A stretch of DNA of 62,456 nt from Candidatus Aenigmatarchaeota archaeon (GTDB taxonomy: Archaea; Aenigmatarchaeota; Aenigmatarchaeia; QMZS01): positions 1 through 62,456 of the forward strand of contig JAUWTN010000001.1 in the NCBI GenBank assembly GCA_030614705.1, read 5' to 3'. The notes beneath the pieces are model-generated. The model searched no databases, was not told the origin of the DNA, and worked only from the letters and a program-made list of their open reading frames with translations. Positions 10,293-18,803 of the stretch are shown in pieces (position 1 is the stretch's first letter; every line of letters starts with the position of its first letter). The position numbers were made by a program, and so were the translations under genes.

Positions 10293-11297
10293 TCAAAAAG
10301 GTCGACTATCCCTCCTCAAAAAGAAAATGTTTTGTAATCCTAATTTTGAAGCGATTATATTCACATAATTATCAGAATCATTCTCTGACAACTTAGCTCT
10401 CTGGTCTGCTTCAATCAAAACTGTTGGGAGTCCGTAAGTTTTGCTCTGCGATGAAATGGTATAAACAAGTTCCGCAATTCTTTTTCCCTGAACTTCATCA
10501 CCTATAAATTCAACTCTTATTGGTCTGTCAAATTCCACGGTTTTTAAGTAAAGACAATTTATCTCTCCTTCCAGATTAATTATTTTTGTGACCTCTCCTT
10601 TTTCAAGCATGTAATGAAGCAGGTTTGTATCTTTTGTTCGATTCAAAATAGTTACAAGTTCCTGTTGGTTTTTAATGTCTGCTTTCTTAATAATATTCTC
10701 CGCAATATATTTGCAGAATGCTGAACTTCTTGAATCTTCAACAACTCCGGCAAGAAGACAATTTTCCTGTTTTGCAGTGTCGCATAATTTTTCAAATAAT
10801 TTATTGACTTCAAGATAATCAGAATAAACTGTGCTTTCAGTGCTCGGGGCATCTGCGGGATTTACCAATAAACTTCCGTCTATCAAAAATAAATTCGGGG
10901 AATATTTTGAAATTGTTTCAATGCTCACAGTAAGTTCTTTTTTTATTCTTTGGAGACTCCAAAAAATCCTGAATTCAATATCTGAAAAAGATTCTTTTGA
11001 GTAGGTGATTTCAGGGGTTGGATTCATAGTCGGGTAATATGCAACATCCGCAAGCTTGCTTTTTTCATAACTGAAAATAACTCCTATTGCCCTTAAAAAA
11101 ACAAAGTCCATCAGATGACCTGACTTCTTTGTCAATCCACCATCTTCGCCCCCAATTTTAATATTGCCCAGCTCAACTTTTGAAACATTCCAATATAATT
11201 CTGGTATGTCTCTTAAAAACCCTGCGAGTTTTTTCTTCTCAATTTCAAGAGTTTTTATTTTATCAACTATTTTATCAAGTTCGTGTATTGAAACCAT
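10293..11297 (-). CDS. NurA-like 5'-3' nuclease
   Basis: 334 aa; GGEDGG near the N-terminus and LFLIDGSL motif resemble the NurA domain; no HerA adjacent. Confidence 0.5.
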   Translation of the reverse strand: MVSIHELDKIVDKIKTLEIEKKKLAGFLRDIPELYWNVSKVELGNIKIGGEDGGLTKKSGHLMDFVFLRAIGVIFSYEKSKLADVAYYPTMNPTPEITYSKESFSDIEFRIFWSLQRIKKELTVSIETISKYSPNLFLIDGSLLVNPADAPSTESTVYSDYLEVNKLFEKLCDTAKQENCLLAGVVEDSRSSAFCKYIAENIIKKADIKNQQELVTILNRTKDTNLLHYMLEKGEVTKIINLEGEINCLYLKTVEFDRPIRVEFIGDEVQGKRIAELVYTISSQSKTYGLPTVLIEADQRAKLSENDSDNYVNIIASKLGLQNIFFLRRDSRPF

Positions 11298-11366
11298 AAT
11301 AGTCTAATTTGTTAAAATTTACTCTTTAGTATTTTGATTTTATAATCACTTTAAAAATCCATCAAC

Positions 11367-11816
11367 CTAAATCTTCTTACCTAAAATATATCTGTGCCCT
11401 TCAATGTCAAGATAAGACATTGGGGAAATATTGAACTGCGGAAGCAAGTCATGAACCATAACTTCAGTGTATTGGGCTTGTTTTTTTGGGACCTGCATTT
11501 TAATCAAAACTTTTTTATCTGGATTTAACAAATCAAGAAATTTACCCATGACTTTGAAACTAGTGACAATATTTAACGGAAGATAATTCACAATGCAATC
11601 AACTTTTTTTGGGAGTCTGGAAAGATCTAAATCATCAGGGGTCTCTTCAAACTTTTTTAATTTTGGACTCTTTAAATCCAATTTTTCTGGAGAAACATAG
11701 TAAGTCTCTTTTGAGTTCATAAGAGTAAATTTTAATATATCCGGGGTTCCTAAATAAATCACCTTATTGCTGTCTTTAAAAAACCAATAGAGCAACTGAA
11801 AATCAGTCCAATCCAT
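11367..11816 (-). CDS. Hypothetical protein
   Basis: 149-aa ORF, no recognisable motif. Confidence 0.45.
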   Translation of the reverse strand: MDWTDFQLLYWFFKDSNKVIYLGTPDILKFTLMNSKETYYVSPEKLDLKSPKLKKFEETPDDLDLSRLPKKVDCIVNYLPLNIVTSFKVMGKFLDLLNPDKKVLIKMQVPKKQAQYTEVMVHDLLPQFNISPMSYLDIEGHRYILGKKI

Positions 11817-11842
11817 ATTTAAATATCCTACATAGTTTTATA

Positions 11843-12016
11843 ATGAATAAAAAACTGAAAACATTCCTGAAACAATGCAAAAGAATATTGACTATTGCAA
11901 CAAAACCCGGTAAAGATGAATATTTTAGTTATTCGAAGATTATTGCAATTGGGGTTCTTGCATTAGGTCTTTTTGGATTCATATTTTACCTCATATTCTC
12001 TTATCTGGGTGTATAA
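11843..12016 (+). CDS. secE: Protein translocase subunit SecE / Sec61-gamma
   Basis: 57-aa ORF found by hand, below the ORF-track cutoff: MNKKLKTFLKQCKRILTIATKPGKDEYFSYSKIIAIGVLALGLFGFIFYLIFSYLGV. It has the typical RxL..A.KP...E motif plus a single C-terminal TM, and sits upstream of L1/P0 as in archaeal secE-nusG-rpl11-rpl1-rpl10 clusters. Confidence 0.7.
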   Translation: MNKKLKTFLKQCKRILTIATKPGKDEYFSYSKIIAIGVLALGLFGFIFYLIFSYLGV

Positions 12017-12111
12017 CTAAGAAATACGGCAATAATTCTTATTTTCCTTTATTTGTGAATCGAATTATTTTAGTCCAGAAATAATTTTTGCTAAAAATTT
12101 ATTAATTAAGC

Positions 12112-12678
12112 CTAAGAAACAACAATCAAAAGCAGTTTTCCCAAAACCTGACTTAACCCTTCAGCATCTTTCCCCTTAACAATTACATTTTCACCGTCAA
12201 ATTCAAGTGAACTGCCTTCTAAAGTCTCATCTGGTCCCAAAATGATTATTGCTGGCTCTTCAGAGAGATATTCTGATAAAACTGTAGAATTTATATCTTT
12301 TGGGTCTTTAAGGAAAGTATTGTAATAATAACTCAGATAATACGCAAATGACATTGTCCTGACAACGCCTTCTGTGGTCTCCACAACAAGATTTATTTTT
12401 TTTGACTCAAAAAGTTCCTTTATTTGCTCAGTATCCTCGATTTCATATTCTTTTGCCAAAATTAGGTTAGTTCCAGCATTATAAGCGGGTTTATGCCATT
12501 CATGGTCAATTAAAAAACAAATGGAATAATAATCGCAAATCATGGTCTTATTGTTCAATTGAAAATTGCCAGTTCCTTCAGGTGCCGGGGGTTCTGAGGT
12601 TTCCGGGATTAACAGTAATATCGCAAATAATAGTATTATTGTGCCCATTATACCTAAAACAGCTTTCCCGTCTCCCAT
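12112..12678 (-). CDS. Hypothetical membrane-anchored protein
   Basis: 188 aa; N-terminal TM LGIMGTIILLFAILLLI; no family recognised. Confidence 0.5.
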   Translation of the reverse strand: MGDGKAVLGIMGTIILLFAILLLIPETSEPPAPEGTGNFQLNNKTMICDYYSICFLIDHEWHKPAYNAGTNLILAKEYEIEDTEQIKELFESKKINLVVETTEGVVRTMSFAYYLSYYYNTFLKDPKDINSTVLSEYLSEEPAIIILGPDETLEGSSLEFDGENVIVKGKDAEGLSQVLGKLLLIVVS

Positions 12679-12769
12679 AAATAATCATTTCAATTTAAAC
12701 CTAAAAACCCTGGATTGAGCCAATATCTTTGATAATGAGGTAAACTTAAAATTTAACTTAATTACATTA

Positions 12770-13387
12770 ATGGTAGAACTAAAAGTTGAAGACCTCAAAA
12801 AATTAAGAGAAAACAAGAGAAATTTCAATCAGATGTTCGACTTAGTGATTAATATCTCTGGTTTGGACTTAAAAAAACCGGAAAACAGGATTAGGGACAA
12901 AGTAAAGCTAAATCATAAAGTCAGAGACCGTAAAATATGCTTTATTGTTGAATCTCTCATAACAAAAGCGAATGAGACCAAACAAAAAGTATTAAAAATT
13001 TCAGAATTAGATCTTAAGAAAACCGAAGGCAAGAAACTTGCCGGAGAATATGATTTTTTTGTTATAGAAGCTCCTTTAATGTCTAAAGCAGCAAAAATTC
13101 TTGGAAAATATATTGGACCGAGGAATAAATCAATGATTCCAATTCCTCCAACCGCAAAAAATCTTCCTCTTATAATTCAGGATCTTGAAAGAACAATTTC
13201 AGTAAACCTGATAAAACAACCTATGATACAAATCCCCATAGGAACTGAAAAACTAAAGGATGAAGAATTAATTGAAAATTTCAACACAGCATACAACCAC
13301 ATAAGTGAAAATATTGAAAATAAAGGCGGAATTATAAAAGGAGCTGATATTAAATTAACTATGTGCAAACCAATAAAATTATTATAA
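12770..13387 (+). CDS. rpl1: 50S ribosomal protein L1
   Basis: 205 aa; NFNQMFDLVINISGLDLKKPENRIR and overall L1 pattern; directly precedes P0. Confidence 0.85.
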   Translation: MVELKVEDLKKLRENKRNFNQMFDLVINISGLDLKKPENRIRDKVKLNHKVRDRKICFIVESLITKANETKQKVLKISELDLKKTEGKKLAGEYDFFVIEAPLMSKAAKILGKYIGPRNKSMIPIPPTAKNLPLIIQDLERTISVNLIKQPMIQIPIGTEKLKDEELIENFNTAYNHISENIENKGGIIKGADIKLTMCKPIKLL

Positions 13388-13388
13388 A

Positions 13389-14213
13389 ATGGTATCTGAA
13401 AAGAAAGTTGGGTTACTCAAAAAAATCAATAAGTTGTTAAAAGAACATGACAGTATTTTGATTTTTGATTTAGACCAGATACCTTCAAGACAATTGCACC
13501 AGATTAGAAACCAATTAAAAAAAGAGGAAATATTCGCAGTAGTTCCTAAAAAAAGCGTTCTTGAATTGAGCCTTAAAGAAAACAAAAAAGATTTGAGTCT
13601 TGATGAATTCAAACAACCAGCGCTTATTTATTCAAACAAAAATATATTTGATATTCTTAAAAATCTTAAAAAATTAACCGTAAAAAGAAAAATAAAAGTT
13701 AATGAAATTGTATCTGGAGAAATAGAAATTCCTGCAATGGACACTGAAATTCAGGCGGGTCCTGCAATCAGCATTTTCAAACAGTTCCAGATTCAGACAA
13801 TAATGAAAGCCGGTAAAATCGCTGTAAGAGAAGCAAAAGTTGTGTGCAAAGAAGGAGACAAAGCAGACAGTGGTCTTGTTTCACTTCTTAACATGTTAAA
13901 CATTGAACCAGCTGAATTAACAATCCAGCCTGCGCTTGGTCACAGCCAGAATATGGTATACAACAAAACAATTCTTGAACTGGATGAAACTTATTTCAAA
14001 GACCAGATTAATGTGTGCGCAAACAACTTATTTAAATTAACAACTCATGTGAACTATCCAACAAAAGACAATATAAATATATTGTTACAGAAAAGCGGAC
14101 AACACGCAAGAAGCCTTGGTTTAAAATTAGGAGTTCCAACAAAAGAATTGCTTCCTGATTTATTGAGAATTGCTCAGGGCAATGCAAGTAATTTGGACGC
14201 GAGTTCTAAATAG
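13389..14213 (+). CDS. rplP0: 50S ribosomal stalk protein P0 (L10), C-terminally short
   Basis: 274 aa; N-terminal L10 pattern ILIFDLDQIPSRQLHQIRNQLKKE..FAVVPKKSVL; no acidic/hydrophobic C-terminal tail. Confidence 0.8.
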   Translation: MVSEKKVGLLKKINKLLKEHDSILIFDLDQIPSRQLHQIRNQLKKEEIFAVVPKKSVLELSLKENKKDLSLDEFKQPALIYSNKNIFDILKNLKKLTVKRKIKVNEIVSGEIEIPAMDTEIQAGPAISIFKQFQIQTIMKAGKIAVREAKVVCKEGDKADSGLVSLLNMLNIEPAELTIQPALGHSQNMVYNKTILELDETYFKDQINVCANNLFKLTTHVNYPTKDNINILLQKSGQHARSLGLKLGVPTKELLPDLLRIAQGNASNLDASSK

Positions 14214-14255
14214 AAATAATTGCCTAAAATTTTCATTCCTGATTATTAAAAAAGA

Positions 14256-14396
14256 CTATTTGAATTTTGTTGCGCATATCTTGCACAAACCTTTTTCAGC
14301 ATTGTAGCATTCTGAACAAACCAATCTTCCGCAAAGATTGCAGGAGTTCATTATCCCGGGTTTTCCGCAAATTTGGCAGAGACCTTCTTTTATCAT
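14256..14396 (-). CDS. 46-aa eight-cysteine zinc-ribbon protein (interleaved CxxC x4, zf-HIT-like spacing)
   Basis: Hand-translated, below the ORF-track cutoff: MIKEGLCQICGKPGIMNSCNLCGRLVCSECYNAEKGLCKICATKFK. Confidence 0.5.
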   Translation of the reverse strand: MIKEGLCQICGKPGIMNSCNLCGRLVCSECYNAEKGLCKICATKFK

Positions 14397-14435
14397 ATAT
14401 ACAATCATAGGTAAAATCAAAATAAACAGATTATT

Positions 14436-14810
14436 ATGGAAGTTCTGTATATTATAATCCTCATTCTTTTTCTGATAATTATTCTCTTATCATATCTCTT
14501 AATTTCAAGAAGAAAAGATATAAAAGCCATCAGGAAAGATGCAATTGAAAAAAGTAGACTTGTTCTGGAAGGTAAATTCAAGGAACAACTTGCGCCTTTC
14601 CTCCCTGATTTTAATTTTAATCCCACAGATGCGAGGTTTCTTGGTTCCCCGATTGATTTTGTTATCTTTGACGGAGCCGCAGACAGCAATGTGAAAAAAA
14701 TTGTATTTGTTGAAGTAAAATCAGGAAAAAGCAAACTTACAAAAAAAGAAGAACAAATAAGAGATGTTATATACGATGGAAATGTTGAATTTAAAATATG
14801 CAGGATTTAA
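14436..14810 (+). CDS. Membrane-tethered PD-(D/E)xK nuclease, Holliday-junction-resolvase-like (COG4741-like)
   Basis: 124 aa; N-terminal TM followed by the basic stretch SRRKDIKAIRK; SPIDFVIFDG ... VFVEVKSGKS matches a D...E-x-K nuclease core. Confidence 0.5.
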   Translation: MEVLYIIILILFLIIILLSYLLISRRKDIKAIRKDAIEKSRLVLEGKFKEQLAPFLPDFNFNPTDARFLGSPIDFVIFDGAADSNVKKIVFVEVKSGKSKLTKKEEQIRDVIYDGNVEFKICRI

Positions 14811-14914
14811 ATAAAAAATATGTTATGATTAACTCTAAAACCCTCGCTAAATCTCTGCTTCAGGATTAGAATTATTTAGAATGAAAATTTTGCCATCAAT
14901 TTTAAAGTTCATAA

Positions 14915-15325
14915 TCAAACAGGATTCAATTCAAATAAGTTATCTTGTTCTACAAATTCATCAAAAGATACTTCTTTATAATCTCTATTAATCAGAAGTT
15001 CCTTTAATTCAGAAGGATTTCCTTTTAAATCAAAATGTTCTGAAATTTTATCAGCATCTCTATATAAGACCTTAATATAACTATCAGCTTCATATTGCGC
15101 AAGTATTTTATCAAAATGATTTACATACCAGACCCTTGATTCCTCCGGCTCATAAATCTTCGCCCTGTTTGAATTATCTTCATAGGTTAGATTTCCTATA
15201 TTTACAAAAACAGGTATTTTATCATCTTGAAATTCTATATAAAATTTACAGGGTTTTTCTAAATTAGTCATTAATCTGAATGTATCTTCCTCAACGAGTT
15301 TTCCTATATAATATAATTCCACCAT
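14915..15325 (-). CDS. Hypothetical protein
   Basis: 136-aa ORF, no recognisable motif. Confidence 0.45.
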   Translation of the reverse strand: MVELYYIGKLVEEDTFRLMTNLEKPCKFYIEFQDDKIPVFVNIGNLTYEDNSNRAKIYEPEESRVWYVNHFDKILAQYEADSYIKVLYRDADKISEHFDLKGNPSELKELLINRDYKEVSFDEFVEQDNLFELNPV

Positions 15326-15395
15326 ACTTTATTATCAAAAAATAATTTAAATGTTTATATAAACTAACAATATCCAATTCTCCTAATCAATCAAA

Positions 15396-16037
15396 TTATC
15401 CCAAATTAAAAGAATCCATTTGAACATTTGAACATTTCCCATTAAAAGTCATCAGATTGCTGCCATATACCATATCTCCCTGAAAACCATAAATCTTACT
15501 GCCTAAATCAAGTTTAACCTCAAGATTCTGCGGATAAGTTACAGTCATGTCCCCTTCATTGATTGTTAACTCACCTATTTTCAAATGAGAAACTCTTAAT
15601 TCCTCAATATTCATATCATATAACTGCACTCTTGAATTTCCATCAAGTTTAAAAGTTCCAGAAGATAAACCGGTTACTGAACCTGAAATTAATGAATCAG
15701 TAAATGAGATTGAACCTGTGAAATTCTTCAATAATAATTCACCATCAACAGTCAAATCCTTATCATCTACTTTTAACTTATAAGCTCCGTAAAAGTTCAT
15801 ATTTATATCAGATGGAACGCCTACATGCAAATCATTCAGCTCCCTTGTTGAAAAAGACAATAAGATATTTTCCTGAAATTCCTGATTCCTATTAAATAAA
15901 TTATTAAAAAGCTCATTAACCGGAGAAAGCACGTCTGTTAAAGAACTAGCAAAATCCGAGGAAAAAAAAGGGAATATCCCTAAAGAAACAATCAACACCA
16001 AAATTAATATTGTAATAGGAACCTTCCAATCCACCAT
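15396..16037 (-). CDS. Hypothetical membrane-anchored protein
   Basis: 213 aa; N-terminal TM ITILILVLIVSLGIFPFF; beta-rich remainder. Confidence 0.5.
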   Translation of the reverse strand: MVDWKVPITILILVLIVSLGIFPFFSSDFASSLTDVLSPVNELFNNLFNRNQEFQENILLSFSTRELNDLHVGVPSDINMNFYGAYKLKVDDKDLTVDGELLLKNFTGSISFTDSLISGSVTGLSSGTFKLDGNSRVQLYDMNIEELRVSHLKIGELTINEGDMTVTYPQNLEVKLDLGSKIYGFQGDMVYGSNLMTFNGKCSNVQMDSFNLG

Positions 16038-16068
16038 ACCTTATCTTGTTTTTATGTTTAATATCCTG

Positions 16069-16641
16069 TTAGCTCAATTTTAACGCCTGTTTAACCTCTT
16101 CTAAATTAACGCCTTCCCTTAAAATTCTCCTGTTAATCAAATCAACGATTGTAGAGGGTCGCTTGTATTTGCACTCTCCATTAACAACAAAATCAACATG
16201 CGGTTTCACATTTTTGGCTTCAGTAACATCTTCCTCTCCTGAAAAGTTTGCTGAGGTTGCTGTAATTGGAAATCCTGCTTTTTCAATTATTTCTCTTGTA
16301 ATTTCATTTTCTGGAAATCTTATTCCTATTAAATCCTTCCCTGCTGCAATCAAATCAGAAACAACTTCTTTTCTGGGAAGAAGTATTGTCACAGGTCCGG
16401 GCAATAATTTTTCTAAAATCTCCTTGTCCTTCTCAAAAACGCATGCAATATTTTCCAGCATTTTAAAATTTGACACAGCAACAGAAATGGGTTTTCTTAA
16501 AGACCTCCTTTTTATCTCGAACAATCGACTTATTGAGGTTTCATTAAAAATATTTGCTCCAAGTCCATAAACAGTTTCAGTCGGGTAAGCGATTATCCCT
16601 CCTAATTTTAAGACTTCTGCGGCTTTTTCTATTTGATCCAT
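16069..16641 (-). CDS. tsaC: L-threonylcarbamoyladenylate synthase (TsaC/YrdC/Sua5 family, short form)
   Basis: 190 aa; GGIIAYPTETVYGLGAN, KRRSLRKPISV and ITATSANFSGE motifs. Confidence 0.85.
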   Translation of the reverse strand: MDQIEKAAEVLKLGGIIAYPTETVYGLGANIFNETSISRLFEIKRRSLRKPISVAVSNFKMLENIACVFEKDKEILEKLLPGPVTILLPRKEVVSDLIAAGKDLIGIRFPENEITREIIEKAGFPITATSANFSGEEDVTEAKNVKPHVDFVVNGECKYKRPSTIVDLINRRILREGVNLEEVKQALKLS

Positions 16642-16692
16642 AAATTTAAGGAATTTTAGTAAACTTAAACTCTTTGAGAATGTATTTAATCA

Positions 16693-16783
16693 TAGCCCCG
16701 CGCGGATGCTCGTTCCACCCTAATTTGTGTTTTGGGGTGCAGACTTTTTCAACAGTTTTGAAAAGTTCATTCGAACCGCGGTC
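16693..16783 (-). repeat. 91-nt block (tRNA-Gln 3' part including the 63-nt T-loop intron), inverted copy of 25851-25941
   Basis: 90/91 identical by direct comparison; the single difference is at 16745. Confidence 0.9.
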
Positions 16784-16916
16784 GCTGGCTAACTTCAATC
16801 ATCGCAAATTTAACATTTGCTCTTTCCTTTGAATTCCAAAGGCCAGAATCCTTGACCCTTTCCTCGCCTTATTTGACAATCTATCGAAGAAAGATGGGCC
16901 GCTAGACTACGGGGCT
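16693..16916 (-). tRNA. tRNA-Gln(UUG) with three introns (D-loop 43 nt, 37/38 45 nt, T-loop 63 nt)
   Basis: Hand-folded. Exons 16916-16895, 16851-16836, 16790-16769 and 16705-16693 total 73 nt. Acceptor AGCCCCG/CGGGGCT, D stem GTCT/GGAT, anticodon stem CTGGC/GCCAG, loop CTTTGGA, T arm CGCGG-TTCGAAT-CCGCG, discriminator A, no encoded CCA. Confidence 0.8.
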
Positions 16917-16922
16917 ATAATT
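16917..16922 (-). promoter_or_regulatory. Conserved AATTAT hexamer at -6..-1 of the tRNA
   Basis: The same hexamer sits at the same position upstream of all four tRNAs in the window; a T/A-rich TATA-like tract TTTATTTT lies at about -26..-19. Confidence 0.35.
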
Positions 16923-16984
16923 AAGCTTCCTAAAAAAATAAACAAAGCAATTATTACTTTTTTATGTATAATTTATAATTAATT

Positions 16985-18022
16985 ATGTTCGAAAATATAA
17001 TTCCGCATGATTACTTATATGCTATTTTAATTATAATTGGTTCTGTTATTTGCGCAAAAATATTCTATTTTACGCTTAAACAATATGTGGCAAAAATAAC
17101 CGCAAAAACAAAAACCACTATGGATGATGAATTACTGGAAACCTGCCACAAACCAATTTACTTTGGTATTATGTTAATTGGGGGTTATTACGCATTAAAT
17201 TACCTTAGAATACTTGCCCCCTACAAAGCCTCAATAGAAACCTTATTTGTTGTTGCGGGTGTTGGTCTTAGCGCCTGGACTTTAATAAAAATCATAGATA
17301 CTTTCGTGATGCATCACACAACCAAAGACAAGACTTCAAGAGCGCAAAAAACAGTTTTCCTTAGTTTGAAAGGATTAATTAATATTTTCATTTACGTAAT
17401 AGCCATTTTTATCATCTTAAGCTATTTCAAAGTTGAAATAACACCTCTACTTGCAAGTTTGGGTGTTGCTGGTTTGGCTGTTGCTCTTGCTCTTCAAAGC
17501 ACACTGGCCAATTATTTTGCGGGATTGTATATATCCTCAGACAGATCAATTAAAATCGGCGATTATATTGAACTTGAAAATGGTTTGAAAGGGCATGTGG
17601 AAAAAATCGGGTGGAGATCAACACAAGTAAGAACCCTTCCAAACAATCTTGTTATTATCCCAAACGCCAAATTGTCCGAAATGATTGTTACCAATTATTC
17701 TGACCCAACCGAAGAATTATCGTTTTCAGTTAACTGCGGTGTGGGTTATGATTCTGACCTTGAAAAAGTTGAGAAAATAACAATTTCAGTTGCCAAAAAA
17801 ATGTTAAAATCCATAGACGGTGGTGTGGAAACTTATGAGCCTCTTATGAGATTCAAGAATTTTGGAGATTCAAATATAGAATTTTCAATAATCCTGAGAG
17901 TGAAAGAATTTGTCAAACAATATAAAATGAAACATGAATTCATAAAAGCATTAACAAAAGAATTCAGGAAAAATAAGATAGAAATAGCTTTCCCTTGCTT
18001 GAATATTTATAATAGGAAATAA
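16985..18022 (+). CDS. Small-conductance mechanosensitive channel (MscS family)
   Basis: 345 aa; several N-terminal TMs; MscS core GLAVALALQSTLANYFAGLYI, IGDYIEL..G.V..IGWRST..RTLPNNLVIIPN. Confidence 0.85.
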   Translation: MFENIIPHDYLYAILIIIGSVICAKIFYFTLKQYVAKITAKTKTTMDDELLETCHKPIYFGIMLIGGYYALNYLRILAPYKASIETLFVVAGVGLSAWTLIKIIDTFVMHHTTKDKTSRAQKTVFLSLKGLINIFIYVIAIFIILSYFKVEITPLLASLGVAGLAVALALQSTLANYFAGLYISSDRSIKIGDYIELENGLKGHVEKIGWRSTQVRTLPNNLVIIPNAKLSEMIVTNYSDPTEELSFSVNCGVGYDSDLEKVEKITISVAKKMLKSIDGGVETYEPLMRFKNFGDSNIEFSIILRVKEFVKQYKMKHEFIKALTKEFRKNKIEIAFPCLNIYNRK

Positions 18023-18129
18023 ATAAAAATTTATTAATCAACATCTTATAACTGAAATATCCAATTATCTAAAATTCAGGTTAATTAAATTAGTGGATTT
18101 ACTCCAAAGAAAATTAAAATAAATTCTTA

Positions 18130-18777
18130 TTACAAAACCAAATTCATCAAAGCTTCTCTCTGATCCTCGGCCTTAACAATCGCGGAAGCGACCAGCACAC
18201 CTTTTGCGCCCAACTCCTGAGCAATCTGCACATCCTGCTTGGTTGCAATTCCCGCACCGCATAGAGAGACAATCTTGGGATTTATATCTTTTAGAACTTC
18301 TACAAAATTAGAAATTGCGTCGGGTTTTTCCTGAGCTATTGACCTGCCGGAACCAATTAACTCCGGGTCTTCATAAGCAATATAATCAGGGGAAAATTTT
18401 GCAATTTCCATTACCTCTTTTATATCTGCAGCGCAACAAACAGTCTTTATACCGGACAACTTTGAAGCATTTATAATTCCTTCTATTTTATCCAGGGGCA
18501 ATCTCCTTTCTGAATGATTAATCAAGGTTCCCATTACACCCGCATCCTTGACTGAAGCCGGTAAAACAGAACCTGTATGAGAACCAAATGAAACCGGGTC
18601 AATGTGCTGCGATAAAGTTGGGGCTATTTTTGAAATTTCCTTTAAATCAGTAAATTGTGGTGCTGCCCAAATATCAGCACTTAATTTTTCTCTTACATCC
18701 GCAATATAATTTGCCAGTTTTATGCCTTTATCTCCCAAACCTTCTTCATAAGTCTTGAAATTTATCAGATACAACAT
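18130..18777 (-). CDS. tpiA: Triosephosphate isomerase, archaeal type
   Basis: 215 aa; LINFKTYEEG, GTLINHSERR, CAA and GAGI motifs. Confidence 0.85.
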   Translation of the reverse strand: MLYLINFKTYEEGLGDKGIKLANYIADVREKLSADIWAAPQFTDLKEISKIAPTLSQHIDPVSFGSHTGSVLPASVKDAGVMGTLINHSERRLPLDKIEGIINASKLSGIKTVCCAADIKEVMEIAKFSPDYIAYEDPELIGSGRSIAQEKPDAISNFVEVLKDINPKIVSLCGAGIATKQDVQIAQELGAKGVLVASAIVKAEDQREALMNLVL

Positions 18778-18803
18778 AATAGATACAATAAGTATAATAT
18801 AAA

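Noticed and set aside
14811-14914. Possible box C/D sRNA (ATGATTA ... CTGC on plus; TTGATGG ... CTGA on minus).
   Set aside because: Neither strand gives proper RUGAUGA and CUGA boxes with C'/D' at the right spacing. The matches are what AT-rich sequence produces by chance.
16693-16916. The two tRNA-Gln 3' halves as att sites of an integrated element.
   Set aside because: The repeats are inverted rather than direct. Both belong to complete tRNA genes. The enclosed 9 kb carries housekeeping genes (tpiA, gatE, pfdB) and no integrase.
18085-18096. The 12-mer TTAAATTAGTGG is shared with 59358-59369 (16/17 including flanks).
   Set aside because: With about 70% A+T, many 12-mer coincidences are expected among all position pairs in 62 kb. 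The contexts are unrelated.
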